Shown: piece by piece, positions 46,701-56,794 of the stretch | How positions within the stretch are numbered: position 1 is the first letter of the stretch | Layout of the letters: every line of letters begins with the position of its first letter | Position numbers and translations under genes: made by a program | Source: Podarcis bocagei | Taxonomy: Eukaryota | Strand: one strand, 5' to 3' | Length of the DNA stretch: 64,000 bases | Assembly: GCA_964188305.1 (NCBI GenBank) | Contig: OZ076889.1 | Notes under the pieces: generated by a model | The model's database searches: none | Told to the model about the DNA's origin: nothing | The model's input: the letters and a program-made list of their open reading frames with translations, nothing else

Positions 46701-48073
46701 GTGCATAAAGGCATACAGATGTACAAATATACATGGTGTTCTAAGTGACCACATACAAGAGTTGCCCTTACGACTTTTCCCATGTAGAACCTGCAGACTA
46801 GGGACATGGTCTTGGAAACCTAATGAATAATCCATTCACTAGGGTATCCCTATCAATCAAAATTGAAAACTACATTATACGAAAAGCTAAAAGACTTGGG
46901 GTTTTCGCCACAAGCACTGATAACCGCAGGTTACGAGAAAGCCAGAGCAACAATTCGCCAACGAGTCTAGGATGTAGAATTTCAGTGTCATGTGAGTGAG
47001 ATGAATAAACACCCAGAAATCAAAGACAATGGGAGAGGTTTTACCCCAGCAATATATCTGTCAAAATTACAAATATCTAAATATAGACGTTCGTTCACCC
47101 TTGCTAGATTCAATGTGCTGTCATCTGCCTTATTGCAGGGCAGTTATGTGGGTAAACTGTTTGCAGAGCGAGTCTGCCCCTGTGGCCTGATAGAGGTAGA
47201 AGCTGTCTCTCATGTCTTGCTATGATGTCGTTTTTTATGAGGATATACGCTCGGTCTTTATCACCCCTGTTATACAGAAAATTCCAAGTGGGTCTGAATC
47301 TCAATGCTTAAAATCCCTGATAAGAGGATAAAACCCTACTGGATCCCTGGATTCACTAGGGTTTGGTTGCAACTGACAGTTATACCACAAGAAACATCTT
47401 TCAAATATACACTTTTTGAAGATTGCATGTCTTCCAACCACTAGGTAATCCTAACCAATTTGGCTTCAATTTATTTATTTTTAATCTACAACACCATCTA
47501 AAATTAATATCCAGCTTTGCTAATATAAATACTGTCATGTTTTTCATTGCTTCTGCTCTTTGCCTAACAAAGGCACTGTGTTTTGCTTTGAGGTTATAGG
47601 CAGGTCTGCATAACTGCTAGCTTTGGTGTTTCCAAAAGTAGGGGTCAAACATTTGCCACAGAATCTTGCATGTAGCCTGTGACCTGCAGCATCTAGCTGA
47701 GAGTTATTTAGTCAAGTTTGCAATATCCATTTTGGGACTTTATCTAAATGCATACCGACATGAAGCCATTTTTGTTGTTGTTGTTCTATTTGTTTTGTTT
47801 TCATTTTAATTCTCTCTGCCTGTTCCCTACTACAGTACATAACATCTAGTCTGGAGTTCAAGAGAACTCGAAAGCTTGTTCCCTATTCTACAACGGTTTG
47901 GTTGACCCTAAGAAAGGGTATTGCCCAACTATGAATTTTGATATATTTCAAAACGGAGTCATAACTGTTCCCATGGCTTATATTATACGTACCTCAATTA
48001 GCTCATATTTACTAAGTCTTTTCTTCTCATATTGCTTCATAACATCGAGTTTTACCAGTACTCTCTGGACCAT
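33708..48073 (-). CDS. C1orf141: C1orf141-like uncharacterised protein, about 569 aa; complement(join(33708..34769,36356..36542,40232..40337,43436..43539,45706..45875,47993..48073))
   Basis: Six GT-AG exons, phases 0/2/1/2/0, open throughout; motifs KLDV, PLTFD and VPLCIEDEIEKPNAKVI resemble my recollection of mammalian C1orf141; syntenic position between SLC35D1 and IL23R. Confidence 0.82.
35180..35312 (+). mobile_element. SINE/CR1-tail fragment
   Basis: gagctgctgccagtcagtgtaaacaatactggattagatggacca...gcagtttcctatg. Confidence 0.6.
36356..36542 (-). CDS. C1orf141: C1orf141-like coding exon 5
   Basis: 187 bp, DALWKYDF...KKKKISVPLCIEDEIEKPNAKVIRAGSSRPKCDSLP|gtaat; inside ORF 36287..36583. 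Confidence 0.85.
37655..37984. mobile_element. Young hAT MITE
   Basis: TIRs caggggtcagcaacc / ggttgcagacccctg; perfect 8-bp TSD gtatagtc; CpG-rich. Confidence 0.92.
38556..38786. mobile_element. Tigger/pogo-like MITE (CAGTGGTACCTC family)
   Basis: TA-cagtggtacctc...gaggtaccactg-TA. Confidence 0.88.
38958..39000. repeat. (CA)n microsatellite, interrupted
   Basis: Direct reading. Confidence 0.9.
39683..39830 (-). mobile_element. L2-type LINE extreme 3' end
   Basis: (ATT)n + gaatttatataccgtcc...ctcagggcggttcac. Confidence 0.7.
40232..40337 (-). CDS. C1orf141: C1orf141-like coding exon 4
   Basis: tttcag|VYDEAKHGVDQELKRKGKVKSCTNVHYLQDNLNK|gtaac; 106 bp, phase 1->2. Confidence 0.72.
41425..41590 (+). 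mobile_element. tRNA-derived CORE/Squam3-like SINE
   Basis: gtgtagtggatagagtgtt...gattcgaattcc..ctcagccatgaag...ttgggccagtca..ctctcagc...ctcacaggg. Confidence 0.65.
43436..43539 (-). CDS. C1orf141: C1orf141-like coding exon 3
   Basis: tgttag|PQSQSTQRKDHSGKPVVRLFSAPSYLKHKPTNQR|gtatg; 104 bp, phase 2->1. Confidence 0.72.
44395..44945 (-). mobile_element. Decayed L2-type LINE 3' portion
   Basis: Reverse-complement L2-like ...aaatgtttttaaaaggcacc...ggcagggaattctaaagtgtaggtgctaccaca. Confidence 0.55.
45706..45875 (-). CDS. C1orf141: C1orf141-like coding exon 2
   Basis: ttaacag|CRKLGRVQVNPCVRTPLTFDLNLNYELS...QQSQ|gtgaga; 170 bp. Confidence 0.82.
46846..47350 (+). mobile_element. Non-LTR retrotransposon ORF2 C-terminal fragment (RTE-X-like zinc knuckle)
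   Basis: ORF 46992..47225 ...RRSFTLARFNVLSSALLQG.Y...ERVCPCG..EVEAVSHVLL; flanked by the 12-bp direct repeat attcactagggt. Confidence 0.65.
47993..48073 (-). CDS. C1orf141: C1orf141-like first coding exon
   Basis: aacATG GTC CAG...; MVQRVLVKLDVMKQYEKKRLSKYELIE|gtacgt; acceptor ccctag before 48089. Confidence 0.78.
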
Positions 48074-48111
48074 GTTTATTCTTCATTCCCTAGGGCAAAG
48101 TTCTTTTTTCT

Positions 48112-48112
48112 A

Positions 48113-48167
<55 letters not shown>
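48112..48167. repeat. (AAAG)n microsatellite
   Basis: About 14 perfect units. Confidence 0.95.
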
Positions 48168-48918
48168 GGAAAAAGTAGCAAGAATGAATCTGCTGCTATT
48201 GCTTGGCAGAGATTGGGAGTGGTGCGCAACCTTTGTAACAACGTAAAAATGTCATTCAGAGATGGGGAAAATAGGGACCAGAACAGGAAGCGTTTAAGCT
48301 TTTAAATAAATAAATATCTGCTTATGTTACATGTTTTCCTTTTTGCTCCCAGTTGCATAGAAACTGTTTGATCTGCAGGATTGCTCTGAAAGTTCTTCCT
48401 TGTTCTATTCATGAATGGTTTGCTTAGAGGTAAGTCTGTGTTCACCGGGGGAATTACTCCTAAGTGCTCAAAAGACTTCAGCCTTAAAACTGCTATTGCA
48501 GCTCTGCTCTGACTGGTCAAAGGAGCAGCAACACAACAAGAAATGGGAAACAGCCAGATTGACCAATGTTTTGGCTTTAAAAAAATCTACACACTGTCTG
48601 CTATGAAAGTCACAGAGAAAATGGTGGCCTTCATTATGCAATGTAGGATACAAGGGGTTTTATCTCTCCTGAAAAAGTAGTTACTGTAGTTGTTTTGTTA
48701 AATGTATATTCAAATACCGGAAACTTAAGCTGCTTTTTCCCAGTTTTACTGAAAGCTTCCACTGCCCCCCCCCCTTTTTAAATAAGATTCTCTTACAGAA
48801 TAACAGAAAGCTTCTATTTTTTATTCATATTCCTCTCGGAGTTCAGGATTTCATTGTATTTAGCAAAAAGAAAAGAAAAGCTGAATCAGTATGTTTTACA
48901 CATCTTTCAGTTAAAGTA

Positions 48919-49130
48919 CATTGGTACCTTGGGCTACAGATGCTTCAGGTTACAGACTCCGCTAACCCAGAAATAGTACCTCAGGTTAAGAACTTTGCTT
49001 CAGGATGAGAACAGAAATCATGCGGCAGCGGGAGGCCCCATTAGCTAAAGTGGTACCTCAGGTTAAGAACAGTTTCAGGTTAAGAACGGACCTCCAGAAC
49101 GAATTAAGTTCTTAACCCGAGGTACCACTG
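48919..49130. mobile_element. Tigger/pogo-like MITE (CAGTGGTACCTC family)
   Basis: Closely similar to 38556-38786; TA flanks. Confidence 0.88.
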
Positions 49131-49479
49131 TAACCTATTTTGAAATAACACACAATTTTTTCCTGATAAGAGCAAAATGTTTTCAACTGATATTACTAAA
49201 TAAAATGCTTAGATTTTAATATATTGTGGTACAGACTGAGAGATGAGTTTGAAACATCACTCAACGATCCCATAAACTCAGTGACTCTTGACTGTAAAAG
49301 AGCAATGATTAGCAGGAGTATAGAGACCAGCCTGATAAGATCTTCCCCCAATCCTATACTAACTGCCTCCATATACTGTAACTAAAGAGATTGTCAAATA
49401 CAGGTGAATAAACTAAATTATCTGGATATCCTTCTTTTTGTTTCTTTTTGTTCCCCCCTTTTCAGCTGCAGGTAATGTC

Positions 49480-49482
<3 letters not shown>

Positions 49483-49540
<58 letters not shown>

Positions 49541-49542
49541 GT
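49483..49542. repeat. Compound (GT)n(CTGT)n microsatellite
   Basis: Direct reading. Confidence 0.92.
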
Positions 49543-49730
49543 GAAAGAGAACAAAAGACTTGGGCTGTCTTGAAACTGGACATGAAAAAGGTAGAGACTT
49601 GGCTTGCCATCTACTGTGAATCAAGTCGTACAGCATTTGGGAGACCCCTAGAAATCCAATGGGGGAAGCAAGATATATTGGAATATATTATTGTTGTGAG
49701 ACTTCCTTCTCATGCTAGATGTAAACTGTA

Positions 49731-49975
49731 AGGTAAAGGTAAAGGGACCCCTGACCATTAGGTCCAGTCATGACCGACTCTGGGGTTGCGGTGCTCATCT
49801 CGCTTTATTGGCCGAGGGAGCTGGCGTACAGCTTCCGGGTCATGTGGCCAGCATGACTAAGCCACTTCTGGCGAACCAGAGCAGCACACGGAAATGCCGT
49901 TTACCTTCTTACTGGAGCGGTACCTATTTATCTACTTGCACTTTGACATGCTTTCGAACTGCTAGGTTGGCAGGA
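49731..49975 (-). mobile_element. Sauria (Squam1) SINE, 5'-truncated
   Basis: (ACCTTT)n tail on the minus strand; near-identical to 61510-61859; 14-bp TSD agatgta(a/c)actgta. Confidence 0.9.
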
Positions 49976-50010
49976 AGATGTACACTGTACATATCAGTAA
50001 ATAAAAATTA

Positions 50011-50269
50011 CCGTATTTTTTGCTCTATAAGACGCACCAGACCACAAGACGCACCTAGTTTTTGGAGGAGGAAAACAATAAAAAAAATATTCTGAATCCC
50101 AGAAGCCAGAACAGCAAGAGGGATCGCTGCGCAGCAAAAGCAGCGCTCCATCTTGCTGTTCTGGCTTCTGGGATAGCTGCGCAGCCTGCATTCGCTCCAT
50201 AAGATGCGCACACATTTCCCCTTACTTTTTAGGAGGGAAAAAGTGAGTCTTATAGAGCAAAAAATACGG
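50011..50269. mobile_element. pogo/Tc2-like MITE (CCGTA family)
   Basis: TIRs ccgtattttttgctctataagac / gtcttatagagcaaaaaatacgg. Confidence 0.88.
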
Positions 50270-51317
50270 TGCATCACAGAACCTTTTCCACTCTACAATG
50301 GCCTTCAGTCCAAGGCCATCAAACTCAAGGCTCGTGTTCAGAGGACGCCTGAAACTTCTCACTGCTTAATAATTGGGACACATGTAATAAAATGTTTAAA
50401 CAGACTAAAGCTGCTTCCTAATGCTTATTCTTGCTTCTAAGCCTGTTGTTTCCTGTGATATAATACAAGTCGTTGTCCACTAGTCCATAGAATCTTTCAA
50501 GAAAAAAGCAGACTGGCAAGGCCCGAGGTTCAAACCTAAAAGAAATCTGAAATTGGTTCTTTTTAATACCTACATCATTAAGAAACAGAAAGGCTGCAAG
50601 CAATCTCTGCTTTCTCAAGGTGATCTTCATTCCAGAGGCTCATAGGATTTGTGGACCAGATAACATGTTAGCCTCTTGGGCATCTATTCCAGTTCCCCAG
50701 CGTGAGAATTTCCAGTAGTAGAGACTGGTGAAAAACAAGAACCAAAAAAGAAAAGAAAAAGAAAGTACCACAACCAAGTATGTAAATGGAGTGAGACGCA
50801 GGGAGCCTAAGGCACTGAATTCTTCCTTGACTTTTAAGGACAGTCATTCATATGCAGAGTCAAGAAAGATTCCTTGAAGCTCAAATTCCTTTGATCCTCA
50901 GTGCCTTGAGGCCAGGCCAAGATCAAAGGCCATGATGGCCTTGCAAGTTAAGAGAACATTCTTGGAAGAAAGGAAATGCCCCAGGAATCTATGGAGCAAG
51001 GTGCAACAGAATCAAGAGGGATTCTTTACCTGCTGTGCCTCCATATAGGCCTTCTGTGACAAACCCCCAAGTGTTCTCTGAAGGTTATATTCTAATAGAA
51101 CCTCTCTACATCCATTATGTCATCATCATTTGTGACTAGCCCAGCTTCAGAAGAAGCACGCTTCCATTCTAACAAATATCACTTGACTAGAAATGAATAG
51201 GTTATAAACTTTTTAACTTCCAGAGTTAATGTTGAATACATTACTTCCAGCAAATGAGCCACCATAGCTGCTAGAGGGCTGTGAAAATTTGTGTCCCAAG
51301 CTTTTTAGACCCACCTA

Positions 51318-51686
51318 GGTAAAGGTAAAGGTACCCCAGCCCATATGGGCCAGTCGTGTCCAACTCTAGGGTTGTGTGCCCATCTGACTTAAGAGGCCGG
51401 GGGCCAGCGCTGTCCGGAGACACTTCCGGGTCACGTGGCCAGCGTGACGAAGCTGCTCTGGCGAGCCAGCACCAGCACAGCACACGGAAACACCATTTAC
51501 CTTCCCGCTATAAAACGGTACCTATTTATCTACTTGCACTTAGGGGTGCTTTCGAACTGCTAGGTGGGCAGGAGCTGGGACCGAAAGATGGGAGCTCACC
51601 CCGCCGCGGGGATTCGAACCGCCAACCATACGATCAGCAAGTCCTAGGCACTGAGGTTTTACCCACAGCGCCACCCGCGTCCCTGT
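51318..51686 (-). mobile_element. Full-length Sauria SINE (second subfamily)
   Basis: tRNA-like head with GGTTCGAATCC B-box on the minus strand, ACCTTT tail, 10-bp TSD gacccaccta. Confidence 0.92.
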
Positions 51687-51799
51687 GACCCACCTACCCA
51701 TGTACTATACGAAATCCAAGTGGTGCATTGGTTGCCAGATGTGAAATATCTTGGCATTATTTTCAGCTCTTCTACTCCATTACAAAGCAGAAGTGATTA

Positions 51800-51965
51800 C
51801 CGTATTTTTCTGTGTATAACACGCCCCTGTGTATAAGACGCCCCCTATTTTTTGGAACTCAAAATTAAGAAAATGCACTATGCACTATCCGTGTATAAGA
51901 CGACCCCTTATTTTAAACTTGAAAAATTAAGGAAAAAATATAGTCTTATACACGGAAAAATAGGG
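51800..51965. mobile_element. pogo/Tc2-like MITE (CCGTA family)
   Basis: ccgtatttttctgtgtataa / ttatacacggaaaaataggg; TA flanks. Confidence 0.82.
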
Positions 51966-52096
51966 TATGTTTAGCAAGTTTTTTTTTTACAAAGCTGATC
52001 TACAGCCTTTTCCATTGAGATAAATAGGGCATTAATGCGTGCAGCTTGCCAGTAAATAATGTCTATAGTAACACAGGACTAAACACATTCAGATAC

Positions 52097-52098
<2 letters not shown>

Positions 52099-52138
<40 letters not shown>
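52099..52138. repeat. (CA)20 microsatellite
   Basis: Direct reading. Confidence 0.95.
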
Positions 52139-52141
<3 letters not shown>

Positions 52142-52214
52142 CTTTTTGTGAACAAAAGCCCATGTACACTGTTAGGTTTAAAAATCACATTTGTTTATAT
52201 TTTGCAGCTATTTA

Positions 52215-52786
52215 CCGTATTTTTCGCCCCATAGGACGCACCGGCCCATAGGATGCATCTAGGTTTTTTTTGGGGGGGGGGAATAAAGAAAAAAAAATAT
52301 TTCCCCCCAGCTTCCCCCAGCCCCCAGAACAGGCTGCTATCCGCAAGCCGTGGGAGAGCTGCACGAAGTCGCGCAGCTCTCCCACGGCTAGCGTAGAGCT
52401 GCGTGAAGCCCGAAGCCTGGGGCGTGCTGAGCTCAGTGCGCCCCAAGCTTCTGGGTGCAGGCAAGCTCTCCGCTAGCCGTGGGTAGGCAAACTAAGACCC
52501 GGGGGCCGGATCCGGCCCAATCGCCTTCTAAATCTGGCTTGCGGATGGTCCGGGAATCAGCATGTTTTTACTTGAGTAGAATGTGTCCTTTTATTTAAAA
52601 TGCATCTCTGGGTTATATGTGGGGCCTGCCTGGTGTTTTTACATGAGTAGAATGTGTGCTTCTATTTAAAATGCATCTCTGGGTTCTTTGTGGGGCATAG
52701 GAATTTGTTAATTTTTTTATATACATTCCAGCCCCCCACAAGGTCTGAGGGACTGGCTGCCTGCTGAAAAGTTTTGCTGACCCCTG
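52215..52786. mobile_element. Chimeric remnant: pogo-like left end fused to a hAT MITE
   Basis: TA-ccgtatttttcgcccc left TIR; from about 52481 gggtaggcaaact...aaaagttttgctgacccctg hAT-type body and right TIR. Confidence 0.7.
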
Positions 52787-52859
52787 GCTTAGGGCATGCT
52801 ATAAATGCAATATTGTGCTCACTGCAGTTCTCCAGGCAGCATTTACCCAGCTTTCATTA

Positions 52860-53275
52860 CAGTGGTGCCCCGCAAGACGAAAATAATTCGTTCCGCAATT
52901 TTTGTCGTCTAGCGAATTTTTCGTCTTGCGAAGCACGAAATCCCATAGGAATGCATTGAAAATTAATTAATGCGTTCCTATGGTCAAAAAAAGTCAAAAC
53001 AAAGCCAAATTTGGTACAACAACAGTTTATTAACTGCTCTTTAAAGTCACACATACTGTAAAGAGCAGTTCAAAAATTGAAGGGAAAATAAATTAACTTT
53101 ATAAACAAAACATGTCTTTGTTTTTAGACAAAGGAAACAAAGCCGCGAGACGTTTTCGTCTTGCGAAGCAAGCCCATAGGGAAATTTCGTCTTGCGAGGC
53201 AAATCGAAAACGGAAAAACCTTTCGTCTAGCGAGTTTTTTGTCTTGTGAGGCATTCGTCTTGCGAGGTACCACTG
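52860..53275. mobile_element. Tigger/pogo-like MITE
   Basis: TA-cagtggtgccccgcaagacgaa / ttcgtcttgcgaggtaccactg-TA; internal ttcgtcttgcga subterminal repeats. Confidence 0.88.
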
Positions 53276-53619
53276 TACTTTTGGAAGGCAATCTCTAGAG
53301 ATGTACTGGCATAATATTTGGTTTATTTACAAATACACAGGTTGAGCATAGATGGAAAAACAGCTCAAACTCTCAACAGACAACCAGAGCCCACCATATC
53401 AAATCTCCAGCAGCCTAGGATTCATACAGAACCCCAACTCAGCTTATTTCCTCTTACTTAAACTGCAGTCTGATTTTTGTTCTCTTTCAGACAGAGATAA
53501 GCTGCCCCCATCCCTAGCTTGCCTTCTTAGTTTCCATTGAGACAGGTTGTTGGGCTATCAATGCTATCAACATCCTTTTGATAAACTTAAGCAAATGGCC
53601 AGGTGTTACCCCAGAAAGG

Positions 53620-53979
53620 AACCCACACTTCACAGAAATCTGATAGGAAACCCGTAACTAAAATTACCTTAGAACCAGGCTTCAAGGAGGTGGGAGGGGT
53701 TAGGAGAAAGGAGGCAGGTTTTTTTTTTAAAGAGCTGTGGGTTTTCCTACACTGACTCATACAGAGTAGAAGTTTCTTAAACTAGAAACAATATGCTGTT
53801 CTCAAATTATTGGTAATGTAGGTCACCAACTGCTTCTCTTCCCCCCTCTCAGTTGATTCATGCAGCAGTGAATTCTGAATAAGATACATTAGGGAAGAAG
53901 GAAAGTTTTATTCTGCAACTATTAGTAATGAAATCAAGTTAAGCGTGGAACTGGGGCACATAGCCTGATGGAGAATAAG
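53620..53979 (+). promoter_or_regulatory. Candidate IL23R promoter / non-coding first exon
   Basis: TTCACAGAA (GAS) 53629, GGGTTTTCC about 53739, TGACTCA 53753, TAATGTAGGTCA (RORE) 53814; donor-like AAG|gtaaat after 53979; the ATG exon at 56681 starts with an acceptor, so an upstream exon is required. Confidence 0.45.
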
Positions 53980-56694
53980 GTAAATCTATCAATATCTTCA
54001 AGACAATTGATAAGCCTGAACTATGTGGGGTTGTTTTCCAAAACTTTGTTAGCAGGGTTAAACTACAGTGTATCACAGCTTTTTTGGACTATGCTGTTAA
54101 TAGGTGGGTGTACATATTTTCCACAGCAGTTAAAAATTATTAGCATTTGACTGTTATAAAATTTCAGAGCATGCAATGTTGAGATGTTTTGTGCTAAGCT
54201 GGTATAATAGAGATGGTCTTGATCTTCCCATAGGAACCAGTTCTTCCTGTTTGACAGGCTTATTATCCCTTTTTCTATCACCTGCTTCTGTTAAGATACT
54301 GCTTTTATTCTTTCCCTTGCTTTATTCTATGTACACACATCTACACTAGAGTTCTTTAGGATATAGACCCCTCCCCTGACAGAGATGGTGAAGCACGTAT
54401 TAGTGCTGAAGCATTCTATTTTAAGATTAAATATTATTTAGATAAAGGTTACATGCCCTCTTGCTGTCCCTAGCTATCAGAGATGGTTCCTGTTCTTGTT
54501 ACCTATCCTGTAGGTAACCTTGTAAATCACTGTTCCTATTCTGTCCCCGGCTTTGCTTATTGGGGTTGCCTTGCTTTTTTCAGGGTTCTGCTCTTCCAAC
54601 CGGGTTCTCTGCAAGCGAGATCGCTTGTGGAGAGGGTTAGCAGGACTGTTTGTGTCCCTAATCACACATCAGAGAAACATGCGTATCTACAGATGTAGCT
54701 TCAGAAGCAAGATATCTAGGGATCTTTTACCAGCGTCATTGCACGTCACTGGGGACACTGCACTGCAACTTTAAATCTCTTTAATTAAATGGGGGAAATC
54801 AACAAGGAACACTGAATCCCCATTTCAAAAAACCTGCATTTAATTACAGCACTAAAACAGCATTTGAGAGTAGGATAGTTTTATGTCCTCACTCCTAAAT
54901 TACAAAATTCAGTGTGTACGGAATAGTAAAGTGGTTCAAGTAAAATTGTACAAAGACTACCTAAACCTAGGCTGCCTAGAGAGCTGCTTGCATTTAACTG
55001 CTTGCTATGATAAAAACAGGAATAGAGGTAGGGAGTCTTACTGTTGCAGTTGCACCTCCTAATAGCTGGTACAGCAGGATTACAGGTGAGATGGACACCA
55101 ACGCTAGAGATGGGATGAACGTTAGGAAATACTGGTATTTTCACTAGGGTCTTAAAAATGCATGTTACTGCCTCCCTTCTCCTGATGATCACCAGACAAA
55201 CAAGACAGTGGGTATAAATATTTAGCCTTCATCTTTCTTTGGAAACCCTCGCACCTCCCTCATCGACTCCCTTCTCCTGAAACTCCTTCAACTGTAAAAT
55301 CTCAACTGTTAAATCTCAAGCTCCCTCCAATACTTATGAAAATAATCCTGCATGGTGTACTATGGTATTGTCAAACCTAATTTAACTTGGAATCCAAAGA
55401 AATGAACCAAAGAACCACTCAACTGCTTTTAGAGTACCAAAGGAGTTTGGGGATGGGATGGTGGGTTGCGGGGAGGTAGAAGTTAAGCCTTGAGTCGCTC
55501 TTTCCACCCCAGCCTTGTTGTCGGCCTTGTTGATGTGGTCCAAAGGAAAGCAGAGCAATACATTTGGCACCAGCTGAGCTGCAGGAGTTGCTGGAAGGAG
55601 ATGTGCAAGGTGCCATCCAACCCTCTTAGGGACTCTACTCCAGATTTGTGTATGGTTTACTCCTTAGCCTTTTCTTATCCTGAAGATATGCTGCAAGGTC
55701 TCTCCTAGATGGACTACCTTCCCATCTGCCCCTCACTTCCCTCTACAACATGTGCAAAAAAGCCTTCTTGACCATTGGACCCACTATTTGTCTCATCCAC
55801 TCAATCTGCTGGAGCTAGTCTTCACTTGCAAAGGAAGTTCTTAACTTACCGAGGGTCTGAGGCCCATCAACTACTCTCACCTGGTTTATCCAGCCAGTCA
55901 AAGTCATTCCTGGGGTGTGGGCACCGCTGCATGCTGACAGCTTCTAGGACCCACAGGTGAAAGCTGAGTGCAGACTGGGGACCAAAGGTGGACAAACTAC
56001 CCCAGAAAAGTACGTACCCCACCAGAGGTACTACCAGTGCTATTTTTCTAGAAAAAGAGGTGCCGGAACCAATGCTTTTTTTCTGGGGGTACTCAAGGGT
56101 ATGCAGTACCAGCACTTTTTCCCCTGGAAGAAAAGCACTGGCTGGAACTCACCATGAAAGCCTTCATTGTTCTCTTATAATGGCGATGGTGCCCACCTGG
56201 AAGGTGCTGGAACTGAGTTCTGGTAAGTTCTGGCTGGGGGAAAAAACCCTGGGTACCCTAGCCTAACACACCACCCACCCCAAGTTTCAGATTTTCATAT
56301 ACAATATTCTTCATTCATGTATCCCAATGTTACCTCCTGAGGTTATCTTAAAATAGAAACATCCTTATATAACTATTGTCCAGCAGGATAATACAAGGCA
56401 CAAATGAATATTCACTGAACTTAGAAGGTGTCACAAGGCCTAACCTACATTCAGTGTACTTTTGTTAGTGAAGTTTTGTTAACGATTTTGTACTACCGTA
56501 ATTACAGAGGTAAGCATGGTTGCAGAATTTTTTTTCCTATGCCAATTTCATCGCTTCCAGTTGTTCAACATTCTGTCATTGCTGTTTTATGGCATTATTT
56601 TTCTTTACTCTGTAGGAAATAGTTTAATAGAAAAAGCCCATAATTTATTTTCTTTTGTTTTTATGTGGTTTTTTTTGCAGATGACATCGTTAGA

Positions 56695-56794
56695 ATGATG
56701 GTTACAGCTAACATTTTAGTGGTATTATACATACTCTTCTGCAAAATATGCCAAGTCGTCATTTCTCATCATTGTTCAGCAATTACAGAGCAAG
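56695..56794 (+). CDS. IL23R: IL23R signal-peptide exon (acceptor before 56681; 3' boundary uncertain)
   Basis: Long pyrimidine tract + tgcag; hydrophobic ILVVLYILF; the donor is non-canonical (see findings). Confidence 0.7.

Noticed and set aside
52900-53270. Spaced short repeats (ttcgtcttgcga) superficially like a CRISPR array
   Set aside because: Irregular subterminal repeats of a TIR/TA-flanked MITE in eukaryotic DNA; no cas genes
55449-55473. G-quadruplex-capable G-runs (also 4762-4785)
   Set aside because: Such motifs are common by chance in vertebrate introns; no supporting context
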